From the NCBI GenBank assembly GCA_963813895.1, contig CAWFAS010000002.1:209410-273409 (forward strand): DNA of 64,000 bases, in the 5' to 3' direction. Shown one piece after another: positions 1-9,494 of this stretch; position 1 is the stretch's first letter, and each line of letters opens with the position of its first letter. The translations under genes and the position numbers were made by a program. The notes beneath the pieces are model-generated. The model was not told the origin of the DNA and did no database searches. It was given only the letters and a program-made list of their open reading frames with translations. Origin of the DNA: an uncultured Gammaproteobacteria bacterium. Lineage in GTDB: Bacteria; Pseudomonadota; Gammaproteobacteria; JAURND01.

Positions 1-127
1 AGAAATTTACATGGTTGCCTTTTTTCCATCTAGCTATCGTGATTTCGCCGCGTTTGGACTATTAGTGCTTTTTTTAATTTTTCGACCGCGCGGGTTGTTC
101 GGTGGGGTGGTCATGGAAAAGGTATAA
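1..127 (+). CDS. livH: 3' end of branched-chain amino acid ABC permease (partial, runs off window)
   Basis: Manual translation from base 2 gives EIYMVAFFPSSYRDFAAFGLLVLFLIFRPRGLFGGVVMEKV*, a typical LivH C-terminus; directly precedes livM. Confidence 0.85.
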   Translation, partial: EIYMVAFFPSSYRDFAAFGLLVLFLIFRPRGLFGGVVMEKV

Positions 128-128
128 C

Positions 129-1076
129 ATGCGCAAATATATTTTAATAGCCATTATTCTTGTCTGCGGAATATTAAGTTTTCTAATACCAAAATTTAAT
201 TGGTTAAGTAATTATTACCAACTGGTGTTAATGACTATTGGCATTAATATCATCCTCACTTTAAGTCTTAATCTGGTCAATGGTTTTATGGGTGAGTTTT
301 CAGTAGGACATGCTGGCTTTATGTCTATTGGGGCTTATGTAGCAAGTATATTTAGCCTGCATGTTTTTCCCGCCAGTTTTTTTGTAGTAAGCATCTTCTC
401 AGGTGGGCTGGCAGCAGGGGTAGCGGGTGTGGTAATTGCGTTGCTATCATTTAGAACACGCGGAGATTATTTAGCCATTTTAACTTTGGCTTTCTTGATG
501 ATTGTTAAATCTATTATTGAAAATATACAAAGCGTCGGTGGTGCCCGAGGTTTATCAGGTATTAGTAATCTCACCACCCTACCCTGGATTTTTTTCTGGC
601 TAGTGGTTACATTATTTTTAATGCGCAATTTAATTTATTCACGTTTTGGACGTAATATTTTAGCCATTCGCGAAGACGAAATGGTTGCAAAATTAATGGG
701 CGTCAATACCAGACAAGCGAAAATCCTGGCATTTGCCATCTCCGCATTTTTTACTGGTATCGCTGGCGGACTTTATGCCCATGTCCTGCAGTTTATTAAC
801 CCCGCCATGTTTAATCTTGCTAAATCAACCGATATATTAATCATGGTTTATTTAGGTGGCGCAGGTTCATTAAGTGGTTCAATTATTGGCGGTTCTCTTT
901 ACACCCTCTTAATGGAAGCTTTACGCCCACTGGCGGCCTGGCGGATGGTAATAATGCCCGTTATATTAATATTATTAATGATTTTTCGCCCATCAGGTAT
1001 TTTGGGATATAGAGAATTTCCCTTCTTGCGACCTCAAGAAAAATTTATGCGCCCCAAGGGGGCCATTAAAGTATGA
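129..1076 (+). CDS. livM: Branched-chain amino acid ABC permease
   Basis: LNLVNGFMGEFSVGHAGF, RGDYLAILTLAF, AIREDE and FRPSGILG motifs; ATG at 129 right after the livH stop is more plausible than GTG 102. Confidence 0.9.
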   Translation: MRKYILIAIILVCGILSFLIPKFNWLSNYYQLVLMTIGINIILTLSLNLVNGFMGEFSVGHAGFMSIGAYVASIFSLHVFPASFFVVSIFSGGLAAGVAGVVIALLSFRTRGDYLAILTLAFLMIVKSIIENIQSVGGARGLSGISNLTTLPWIFFWLVVTLFLMRNLIYSRFGRNILAIREDEMVAKLMGVNTRQAKILAFAISAFFTGIAGGLYAHVLQFINPAMFNLAKSTDILIMVYLGGAGSLSGSIIGGSLYTLLMEALRPLAAWRMVIMPVILILLMIFRPSGILGYREFPFLRPQEKFMRPKGAIKV

Positions 1077-1831
1077 GCACGCTTACAGTGCAAGACCTAT
1101 CGCATACTTTTAGCGGTTTGCACGCTATCACTCACTTTAATCTTAGTGTCAATTCAGGCGAGATTGTCGGAATTATTGGTCCTAATGGTGCGGGCAAAAC
1201 AACCCTGTTTAATTTGCTATGCGGCATTTATCCGATACAGCAAGGTTCGATTACTTTAGACCAGCAACTATTAAATAAGTTATCAACCGATCAAATTACC
1301 CGCGCAGGTATGGGGCGCACTTTTCAAAATATACGTTTGTTTAAAAGGCTTTCAGTTCTCGACAATATAAAAATTGCTATGGGCGGTTATTATAAATTAT
1401 TCCCTGCGCTTATACGCAAGTCTTCATTTCAGCAGCAAGAACAAGCTATTCAGGTTGAAGCAAATAATCTCTTGCAACGCTTTGGCTTGACGCAATATAT
1501 TCATTCCTGTGCTGCTGATTTACCCTATGGATTACAACGGCGTCTTGAAATTGCCCGTGCCTTGGCAACTAATCCCAAAGTATTATTACTGGATGAACCT
1601 GCCTGTGGAATGAATCCACTTGAAGTTCAGCAGTTAAGTCTGTTAATTCAAGAAATACACCAAGAAAGAGCTTTAGCGATTATATTAATCGATCACCAAA
1701 TGCGTTTTGTAATGGGATTATGTCAGCGTATAACCGTGTTAAACTTTGGCAAAACTATTGCTAGCGGTGACCCAGAAATGATTCGCAATCATCCGGAGGT
1801 TATACAATCTTATTTAGGTGGTTCGTGTTAA
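1073..1831 (+). CDS. livG: Branched-chain amino acid ABC ATPase
   Basis: Walker A GPNGAGKT, RTFQNIRLF, signature LPYG, LLLDEP; ATGA overlap with livM. Confidence 0.9.
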   Translation: MSTLTVQDLSHTFSGLHAITHFNLSVNSGEIVGIIGPNGAGKTTLFNLLCGIYPIQQGSITLDQQLLNKLSTDQITRAGMGRTFQNIRLFKRLSVLDNIKIAMGGYYKLFPALIRKSSFQQQEQAIQVEANNLLQRFGLTQYIHSCAADLPYGLQRRLEIARALATNPKVLLLDEPACGMNPLEVQQLSLLIQEIHQERALAIILIDHQMRFVMGLCQRITVLNFGKTIASGDPEMIRNHPEVIQSYLGGSC

Positions 1832-2514
1832 GCATTTCACAACTCAGTTTAAAATACGGAAATATTCCCGCTTTACACGGCATTGATTTACAAGTAGCCC
1901 CTAATGAAATTGTGACTTTACTAGGTGGCAATGGGGCAGGAAAAACCTCAACTTTACGCGCTATTTCAGGTTTGGTGCGCTATCGCGGCATTATTACCTA
2001 TAACGGTCAGGATTTAGCCAGCATTCCACCGCATAAACGTATCAATCTGGGCATTGCCCATGTGCCAGAAGGCAGAGGCATTTTCAGCGATCTAACCGTC
2101 ATAGAAAATTTACGTCTGGCTTGCTGGGGAACACACGCAATTGATTTCAATTCAGCTTATGAACTATTTCCGCAGTTAAAAGAACGCCAAAATCAAGCGG
2201 CAGGAACCCTATCGGGTGGTGAACAGCAAATGTTAGCTATTGCTCGCGCATTACTAAGAAAGCCTAAACTATTATTACTGGATGAACCTTCCATGGGATT
2301 GGCCCCGAAATTAATGCTAGAAGTATTTTCAACACTAAAAAAAATTCATGCAGAAGGGGTAAGTATTTTATTGGTAGAACAAAACGCTCATCTCGCATTA
2401 AATCTTGCACATCGCGCTTACGTATTGGAGAACGGCAACATTGCATTAAGTGGCGATGCCACGACACTTAAAAATAATAGCCGGATTAAGGAATTGTATC
2501 TCGGTAGTGTTTGA
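1825..2514 (+). CDS. livF: Branched-chain amino acid ABC ATPase
   Basis: GGNGAGKT, VPEGRGIF, LSGGEQQM, LLLDEPSMGLAP, VEQN. Confidence 0.9.
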   Translation: MLSISQLSLKYGNIPALHGIDLQVAPNEIVTLLGGNGAGKTSTLRAISGLVRYRGIITYNGQDLASIPPHKRINLGIAHVPEGRGIFSDLTVIENLRLACWGTHAIDFNSAYELFPQLKERQNQAAGTLSGGEQQMLAIARALLRKPKLLLLDEPSMGLAPKLMLEVFSTLKKIHAEGVSILLVEQNAHLALNLAHRAYVLENGNIALSGDATTLKNNSRIKELYLGSV

Positions 2515-2607
2515 ATCCTGTATCAGGATTATTAAATCTCCATCTCCTTCATAAATCGCAGCGTCTCCTTCTCAAATAAGGATAATCTTTCAAGCAGATT
2601 GCAAGAT

Positions 2608-2706
2608 TTAGATTTTTTTAAATGAAGGCGAGATGTTTTTTTCCTTATTAAGTAAATCCCGCGCCTCTTCAACGGTTTTATTGATATCAATATTTTCAAG
2701 CTTCAT
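2608..2706 (-). pseudogene. N-terminal remnant of a probable IS66-family transposase
   Basis: Manual translation MKLENIDINKTVEEARDLLNKEKNISPSFKKI* resembles, from memory, the N-terminus of single-ORF IS66-type transposases; stops after 32 codons. Confidence 0.45.
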
Positions 2707-2760
2707 GCCAACATCCAGCTTCGGAAAAGACATCACTATAAATCAACAACTTATGCGTGA

Positions 2761-2857
2761 CGTCTTTAGAAGTAGCTTGCGACGAGGGATCGCCTGAATG
2801 GGGCATCAATTTTGTGGTGCTGCATCAAGGAGATCGCTCGTTTCGCTCGGGATGACG
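2761..2857. repeat. Decayed REP-like doublet (GTCATCCCGAGC..GATCT type)
   Basis: Intact right arm GGAGATCGCTCGTTTCGCTCGGGATGAC at 2829-2856; degenerate left arm near 2761-2794. Confidence 0.55.
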
Positions 2858-2985
2858 TTTGCAGTTAGGTTAAAACCTTGATTTATTTTTTTGATTTTAT
2901 TATTCGAATAGTTCATCATAACTTGAGTAAGATGTTGTTATATCAATCTACCGTTTCACAAATTCATTCAATAAGGAGAAAAAAT

Positions 2986-4920
2986 ATGAGTGATCGTCCA
3001 CAGCAAGAAATCGGTAAATTTACTATGTCGCAAAAACTTAAGGATTCATTCAGTGTATTACTTGCAGGGGATAAGCAAGTAGATGGCGAGATAATATTAG
3101 AAGCTAAGGTCGCAGAATATTTACAATTTTTAGAATCTGGTATTAATCAAACTATGGAAAGTATTAAAGATATAGATGCATTACAGAAAGCAAATGAAGA
3201 AGGCGATTTTATATCTTTCTTTGATACGGTTCGGAAATTTTCTCCCAATCCCAATTTTACTTTGATAGAATTTATAAATAGTTATTTTATCTTTCAAAAC
3301 ACGAATCCGAAACCATCATTTATTCTATCTAATCCGTTTAGTGACTTCTTTTATAGGAAGTTATATAGTTTTATAAGGTCACCAGATGCTGCTGATATTG
3401 CTATGAACTTAATAGCTGGGTTTGAAAAGGCAATTGAGGAGAGTATTCATAGAGATAAATGGTCGCAACTGGAAGGCTTAGGGGAAGAAGCTTGTAAAAG
3501 TGGAAATATACACACTTATTTGCGAGAAGTCTTTAAAAAAGTAGATCAAGATAAAAAGCAGATATACCGAGACTTCGTAGGTCTTATGCTAGTAGGTTAT
3601 ATGAGAGTGAGTGATACTGATTCTTTTTTTAGCAATGAAGAGAAAAAACCGGGTCCTTCTTATTCTTCAACTTCTAGTTCATTCAATACAATTAAAAACA
3701 TAAGTGATCATTTACCAAAAGACATCAAAATGGAACAAAGAGGTACACTATCCAAGAATAAAATCTTAAATAAATTGATAGAGTCAGCTGATCTAGAAGA
3801 GTTTGAATCTGCAATATCGAAAAGCGATAGTTTAGAATGGCCTGTTGATCTGATCATTTTGGGTAACAACATTAAAAGCGCAGAAGATGCGTTGAGTTAT
3901 CTTAATAGAGTTAATGCAGAAATAGATGATGTAAGGGTGTGCGAGGCGACATTTAACATATTATTAAAATTACGTGAGGGCGCTGATGCTTTGGAAGAGA
4001 AATCTGGTCCCTCTAATAGTTTGGAAAAATTAACCATAGGAACAGGTAGCGAAAACTCAACCTTGAATAGTACGTTTGAATCTATTCCACAAACAAATTC
4101 ATTAAGCTCTTCAAATTTCTCAAACAGCTTTACGAGTCCAGCTAGCTCCTCGTTGAATAGCTCCTCCACTGCTGATCTTACCCATGGCATCAGTTTTCCT
4201 GAAGAGGTGGAGATGAAGCGGAAAGTTTCTCAAATCAGTACTTCTCCTTCCTCATTTGTGAAACCATTTAATTACTCATCAATACCTATACCTGCTAATC
4301 AGTTTAGATTTCCAGTAGACTTTAAAGCATTCTTAACTAAGAGTCATCCGACCACTACCGAAGTTGTCGCTATGGTCAAAAAACTTGAGAAAGAAATCGG
4401 GGAATGCGAGCTTGAGACACAAGAATTACTAACTTCCTTAGTCCCTCCGCTAGTAACAACATCGGGATATATAGAGAATATAAATAAAGCTATATGTTTC
4501 TTAGAGATAGTGCAAGGAGCTTTTCAGGGTCAGTACCTTATTCAGGCGGCAGAAGACATAGGCACTAATTTCTTGACCCCGTTGCAAAAAATGAGAAATA
4601 ATAAACCCGACAACAAGTATGACGACTCAGTATTATTGCCTAATCTTGCTGGTTTTCGTAAAGATGTAAAAGATCAGAAAAAACTACCTGCATCCAATTC
4701 TAGCTCGTCAGCAAGTTCAGCTCCTGGAAGCACAGGAAGTACTGCCCTCAGTATTACAGCCAGTTCTTCAAACTCTTCAAGTTTTAGTTCTTCTTCTAAT
4801 TTCTTTTCTAATAGTTCTGCTTCTGATCATACTTCGGATTCTATTTCCTCTCCTGTAGAACAAGCTGGCATCAAACTACCAACTTTGTCGAATACATCTG
4901 AAGAGAGTTCCTCTAAGTAA
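2986..4920 (+). CDS. Hypothetical protein with Ser-rich low-complexity tracts; candidate secreted effector
   Basis: Long ORF; AAGGAG RBS before ATG 2986; no recognisable domain; Ser-rich C-terminus ending EESSSK. Confidence 0.75.
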   Translation: MSDRPQQEIGKFTMSQKLKDSFSVLLAGDKQVDGEIILEAKVAEYLQFLESGINQTMESIKDIDALQKANEEGDFISFFDTVRKFSPNPNFTLIEFINSYFIFQNTNPKPSFILSNPFSDFFYRKLYSFIRSPDAADIAMNLIAGFEKAIEESIHRDKWSQLEGLGEEACKSGNIHTYLREVFKKVDQDKKQIYRDFVGLMLVGYMRVSDTDSFFSNEEKKPGPSYSSTSSSFNTIKNISDHLPKDIKMEQRGTLSKNKILNKLIESADLEEFESAISKSDSLEWPVDLIILGNNIKSAEDALSYLNRVNAEIDDVRVCEATFNILLKLREGADALEEKSGPSNSLEKLTIGTGSENSTLNSTFESIPQTNSLSSSNFSNSFTSPASSSLNSSSTADLTHGISFPEEVEMKRKVSQISTSPSSFVKPFNYSSIPIPANQFRFPVDFKAFLTKSHPTTTEVVAMVKKLEKEIGECELETQELLTSLVPPLVTTSGYIENINKAICFLEIVQGAFQGQYLIQAAEDIGTNFLTPLQKMRNNKPDNKYDDSVLLPNLAGFRKDVKDQKKLPASNSSSSASSAPGSTGSTALSITASSSNSSSFSSSSNFFSNSSASDHTSDSISSPVEQAGIKLPTLSNTSEESSSK

Positions 4921-4938
4921 AATAATAAATCGATTAAC

Positions 4939-4968
4939 CACCGTCCTGGCATCTATACCAGGACGGTG
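4939..4968 (+). terminator. Hairpin after the effector-like gene (probable terminator stem)
   Basis: CACCGTCCTGG-catctata-CCAGGACGGTG, 11-bp perfect stem; no U-tract because the RAYT element junction follows. Confidence 0.5.
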
Positions 4969-4982
4969 CAGGGGTCCGGTGC

Positions 4983-6075
4983 AGGGGTCAAGTATTCACA
5001 TGACACTTACTGTATTTAAAAAAAATCGCGTATAAGATATGTTTGCCTAAGTTTAATAATCAATAAAGGTGAACATGCCAAGACCCCTTCGTATTGAATA
5101 TCCTGGCGCCTGGTATCATGTAATGAACCGTGGTGCAGGAAGAAAAAAAATCTATCAACAGCAGGATCATTTTATCTGTTTTCTTGAAATCCTCGGAGAA
5201 GCATTTAATAAGTTTAAATCAGAGATACATGCCTATTGCCTAATGGATAATCATTATCATCTATTAATCCATACTCCCCTGGGAAACCTTTCTCGGGTAA
5301 TGCGTCATATTGATGGAGTGTATACTCAGCGATACAATAGAATGCACAAGGGAGACGGGCCGTTATTTAGAGGCCGTTATAAAGCTATTTTAGTTCAAAA
5401 AGATAATTATTTATTACAGTTGAGCCGATACATACATTTAAATCCCATAGAAGCTAAAATCTTGCTTCGACCTGAAGACTATCTCTGGTCAAGTTGCAAT
5501 TTTTATTTTAACAATTCAACCCCGTTTTCTTGGTTAAAAACCGACATTATTCTTAATATGATGTCGGATAGTAATCATGCAGAGCTATATAGAAAATTTA
5601 TAATGCAGGGCATTGATGAAAAAACATCTGAATTTTATGATAGAAAGAATTTGCCTGTGATTTTTGGTGATCCTAAATTTAATCACGATATGCTCAAAAA
5701 AATAAGCACAAAACAGAGAAAAGATTCGAGTACGGATTTTAATTTATCACAAACAGACCCTACTTCAGAGAATATAATATTGTGTTGTTGTAGGTATTAT
5801 AAGGTTGCTCCAAAATCGTTATTCAAGTCACAGCGTGGTAAACTTAATCGAGCTAGGATAATCGCTATTTATTTGCATCGAAAAATCACGCAACTAACTT
5901 TAGCAAAAATCTGCTCAATATTTTCTCTAAATAGTCATGCCGCAGTAACCAATGCGATAATTCGGCTGGAGAAACAAATGAGAGTCGATCAAAGCCTCAA
6001 GAATGATATCGATTTAATAAGAAAAAAAATTAATTTGGTAGATTGAAATAAGTGTCATGTGAATACTTGACCCCT
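4983..6075 (+). mobile_element. RAYT/Y1 transposase element bounded by 27-bp perfect inverted repeats
   Basis: AGGGGTCAAGTATTCACATGACACTTA (4983-5009) and its exact reverse complement (6049-6075) enclose one transposase gene. Confidence 0.85.
5075..6046 (+). CDS. REP-associated tyrosine (HUH/Y1) transposase with a DnaA-domain-IV-like C-terminal HTH
   Basis: MPRPLRIEYPGAWYHVMNRG, YCLMDNHYHLL (HUH), YIHLNP (catalytic Tyr), DYLWSS; C-terminal RARIIAIYLHRKITQLTLAKIC..SHAAV. Confidence 0.9.
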   Translation: MPRPLRIEYPGAWYHVMNRGAGRKKIYQQQDHFICFLEILGEAFNKFKSEIHAYCLMDNHYHLLIHTPLGNLSRVMRHIDGVYTQRYNRMHKGDGPLFRGRYKAILVQKDNYLLQLSRYIHLNPIEAKILLRPEDYLWSSCNFYFNNSTPFSWLKTDIILNMMSDSNHAELYRKFIMQGIDEKTSEFYDRKNLPVIFGDPKFNHDMLKKISTKQRKDSSTDFNLSQTDPTSENIILCCCRYYKVAPKSLFKSQRGKLNRARIIAIYLHRKITQLTLAKICSIFSLNSHAAVTNAIIRLEKQMRVDQSLKNDIDLIRKKINLVD

Positions 6076-6195
6076 TTGGTTTCGGCTCGTTAAAAATATC
6101 GCCTTGGCGTGCCAGGTTAGCTATACTCAAGGCGTTTGACAGTGATAGGATTTTATAGGCAGGATTTCATAATTTATTGCAAAAAAGAGGTATAT

Positions 6196-9090
6196 ATGAC
6201 TTCAGAAATACGAGACACAAAACGGAAAGGAGATAAAAAACAGGAGGATGTTAATAAAAATGAAGTGGGGAAAAGCTATAATAACAAGCAAGAGGGGGAC
6301 GCCACCCCAGCCCTAGATATTAATGATGATTGGGGTAATACGTCTGAGGATAATGCTAATAATAATAATGATGATGGGTGGGATGATGATCCTAATAACG
6401 ATAATTCTACCTCCCTAGATACTAATGGTCGGGATCGGGAAGAGCTTGATGAAGACTCTGATGACGAGGTTGATAACGATGGCGAAGAAATAATTAAAGA
6501 CAGCAAAAGCGAGGTGGAAGAGGTTAATAGTTCGAAGATTACATCAAATGACGAGGGCACAAGTAGTACAACTAATAACTCAGCGTCTGCTGTTCCCTCT
6601 ACGCAGGCTATTTCTCCTACGTCAGCCAATGCGGGACAGCATTTTTCTTCAGGTTCGTCCTCATCTTCATCCTCACAAACCAGCAGCTTACCGACAAAGT
6701 CTGGATCAAGTTCACCAATTAGCGATGAAAAAGAAAATCAGAATAATGAAGAAGCGGACTTTCTTACGCATAAGCTCCTTGCTGACGAAGGCCTCGCACA
6801 AGCCCAATATAATTTAGGACTTTGTTATCTAAGTGGTAAGGGTGTACCGCATGTGGATGAATTAGAAGCGGTGCATTGGTTTGAGAAGGCTGCCGAGCAA
6901 GACCATGTGGACGCCCAATATGATTTAGGCCTGTGTTATCTCAATGGTAGCGAACTAGTGGCAGAGCGAACAAGGGTAAAGGCAGAACTGGCAGGGGTAG
7001 CAATGACAAAGGAAGGAATGGCAGTAAATTCGTTTACGTCAGCTGCCGACCGAGGCCATGTGGGCGCTCAATATCATTTAGGCCTGTGTTATTTAAATGG
7101 TAATGGTGTAGCAGTAAATAAAGAAGAAGCGGTACGTTGGTTTTATAAGGCTGTCGAGCAAGGGCATGTGAACGCTCAATATCATTTAGCTCTGTGTTAT
7201 TACAATGGTAATGGTGTAGGAGTAAATGAAAAAGAAGCGGTGTATCGGTTTGAGAAGGCTGCCAAGCAATACCACGCGGACGCCCAATATCATTTAGGCC
7301 TTTGTTGTCTAAATGGCGAGGGTGTAGCGAAAAATGAAAAAGAAGCGGTGGAATGGTTTAAGAAGGCTGAGCGGCAAGGCAATGTGAATGCCCGCGCTTA
7401 TTTAGGCTTTTGTTATGAATATGGTAAAGGTGTAAAGGCGGATATAAAAGAGGCAGGGGAATTTTATCGAAAAGTGATCATTAGTAAGGATGAAATAGCT
7501 GAAGAAGCGCTTCTTAATGTGGCCGCTCTTTTTCCAGCCAATGATAAAGAAGCTAAGGAAAAAAATATTGTTGTTAAACATTTTCCTACAGATGTGGAGT
7601 ATATCGGAACAGGGAATCCTATGGCCAGTGCTTCGGCATACGGCTTTTTGAGCCTTCAGGAGATGAAAGACAGTGCTTCAGTTTCTAAACTATTCCATAC
7701 ATCTCTAGAAACAATAAGGCTTAAGAGGTTAAAAGTGGCCGCTGCTAATGGGAATTCAGAAGCTCAATATAACTTAGGCATATACTATGAGAACGTTAAG
7801 AAAGTTGATCTGGCTATTGGCTGGTACACGTTAGCTTATAATCAAGGTCATAATAACGCCTCGCGTAAATTGAGCAAGTATTACGAATACGGTATTGGTG
7901 TAAACAATAAAAAGGAAGCCATACGTTGGTGCAGGTTAGCTGCCAATAAAGGCAATGCGGCGGCCCAATATTATTTAAGCAGTAATAGTGACTCTCCTAG
8001 AGAATGCCTACGTTGGTTGACTTCTGCTGCCAACCAAGGCTATATGGAAGCCCAATACGCATTAGGCATTAAGTATGAAAGTTTGCTATTTGGGGTGGAT
8101 AGAGTAGCAGAGGCAGTAGATTGGTATACGTTAGCTGCCTCACAGGGCCACGTGGAAGCCATGTATAGATTAGGGCATTGTTACGAACATATTGGTGTAG
8201 TTAAGAATACCCGGGAAGCGTGGCAATGGTATTGGTCAGCTGCCGAGAAAGGCCATAAAAAGGCTAACGAAGATTTATCTCGTTTAACAAGTACGGATGA
8301 AAAAGTAACTACAAAAAGTGTTAAAAGTGTTAACAGCGCGAGCGATCCTTTAAAAAAGCCTGATAAGATGAATGTTGATGATTCAGACGTTAATAAAAAC
8401 AGCGTGGAAGAAAGCTATAAGCCTGACTTACTTTTTTTAACAGAGTGGGACGATACTGAGGGGGAGGACACGTTTGATGACGAGGATAAAGAAATAGACA
8501 GCAAAAACGAGGCTGAAAAGAGAGTTACTAGTTCGAGGATTACATTAAATAACGGGGGCACATTAAATAGTAGTACAAATAATAACTCAACGCCTGCCAC
8601 CTCCTCTACGTCGGCTAATATTCAGCAGCGAGGTTTTTTTTCAAACTCTTTCACACCCTCATTCACATCTTCGTCAATGGTCAGCTCACAAGCAGAATCC
8701 ACATCTTCGTCTTCGTCAACCGTCAGTTCACATAGCAGCCCTTCTTCTACCAGCAGCCTTGCTTCCTCAGCTTTTCAAGCTGTATTTGCGAAGCCAATGA
8801 CACCAGAAACTAAAAAAATTAACAATACCTCTGCTATACAATTGTTCAATCGTTATAAACCTATCAATATATCAGGCAAAGTGCCGACGAACTCACCATC
8901 TGTTGCTAGCCCTCCTACTTTACCAACAAATCCAGGATCAGAAAAAAAGCGGAGTGCTAAAGGTAAGGGAAATTCTGTTACTACAGAATCAGAACTATCT
9001 AATACTACAGAACAAGAACTACCTAATACTCCAGAACCAGAACTATCTAATTCGTCGTCTTCATCATCAACATCGTCGCTATCTTCCTAA
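6196..9090 (+). CDS. Sel1-like repeat protein with acidic and Ser-rich termini; candidate effector
   Basis: About 11 repeats of AQY.LG.CY..G.GV....EAV.WF.KAA.QG in two blocks; GAGG RBS before ATG 6196. Confidence 0.9.
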   Translation: MTSEIRDTKRKGDKKQEDVNKNEVGKSYNNKQEGDATPALDINDDWGNTSEDNANNNNDDGWDDDPNNDNSTSLDTNGRDREELDEDSDDEVDNDGEEIIKDSKSEVEEVNSSKITSNDEGTSSTTNNSASAVPSTQAISPTSANAGQHFSSGSSSSSSSQTSSLPTKSGSSSPISDEKENQNNEEADFLTHKLLADEGLAQAQYNLGLCYLSGKGVPHVDELEAVHWFEKAAEQDHVDAQYDLGLCYLNGSELVAERTRVKAELAGVAMTKEGMAVNSFTSAADRGHVGAQYHLGLCYLNGNGVAVNKEEAVRWFYKAVEQGHVNAQYHLALCYYNGNGVGVNEKEAVYRFEKAAKQYHADAQYHLGLCCLNGEGVAKNEKEAVEWFKKAERQGNVNARAYLGFCYEYGKGVKADIKEAGEFYRKVIISKDEIAEEALLNVAALFPANDKEAKEKNIVVKHFPTDVEYIGTGNPMASASAYGFLSLQEMKDSASVSKLFHTSLETIRLKRLKVAAANGNSEAQYNLGIYYENVKKVDLAIGWYTLAYNQGHNNASRKLSKYYEYGIGVNNKKEAIRWCRLAANKGNAAAQYYLSSNSDSPRECLRWLTSAANQGYMEAQYALGIKYESLLFGVDRVAEAVDWYTLAASQGHVEAMYRLGHCYEHIGVVKNTREAWQWYWSAAEKGHKKANEDLSRLTSTDEKVTTKSVKSVNSASDPLKKPDKMNVDDSDVNKNSVEESYKPDLLFLTEWDDTEGEDTFDDEDKEIDSKNEAEKRVTSSRITLNNGGTLNSSTNNNSTPATSSTSANIQQRGFFSNSFTPSFTSSSMVSSQAESTSSSSSTVSSHSSPSSTSSLASSAFQAVFAKPMTPETKKINNTSAIQLFNRYKPINISGKVPTNSPSVASPPTLPTNPGSEKKRSAKGKGNSVTTESELSNTTEQELPNTPEPELSNSSSSSSTSSLSS
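8979..9050 (+). repeat. Intragenic 24-bp tandem repeat x3
   Basis: TACT(A/C)CAGAAnnAGAACTA(T/C)CTAA x3, encoding TTESELSN/TTEQELPN/TPEPELSN. Confidence 0.8.
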
Positions 9091-9190
9091 AGATGGCAGC
9101 TTATTATAGTCATCATAGTCATCGCGAATGATTTTTTGTGGAGTTGGCGCATAACTTATTTATTGTCACTCCGGAATTTAGTGATGCTAT

Positions 9191-9235
9191 GTAGGGGCAG
9201 GCCTTGTGCCTGCCCGTAAGGGCTTTCGGGCAACC
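9191..9235 (+). repeat. GTAG-type REP with a truncated partner arm
   Basis: GTAGGGGCAGGCCTTGTGCCTGCCC palindrome, followed by GGGCAACC. Confidence 0.6.
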
Positions 9236-9392
9236 GGGTGATTATGGTTTTACAATTGCTAAAACTAAAAATGGTAGGGAATTTATATTAGATTTTTGGG
9301 CTAAAGATAATATTGATATGGAAATATTTCCTGTTGCGGAAGCGGCTAAGAAATTATATGACCATCAGCCAAAAATTATACGGAAAAAATGA
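9236..9392 (+). pseudogene. Probable 3' fragment of an unidentified gene fused to the REP
   Basis: Protein-like tail GDYGFTIAKTKNGREFILDFWAKD..., but the ORF start lies inside the REP. Confidence 0.3.
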
Positions 9393-9494
9393 GGATTATT
9401 TTTCAATTAAAAATAAAACTTAGGTTAAAATTGTGTAAATAATGATGATATCTTTATCGTGTAAAAAGATGTGTCAAGACGTTGTCCTGGAAGC

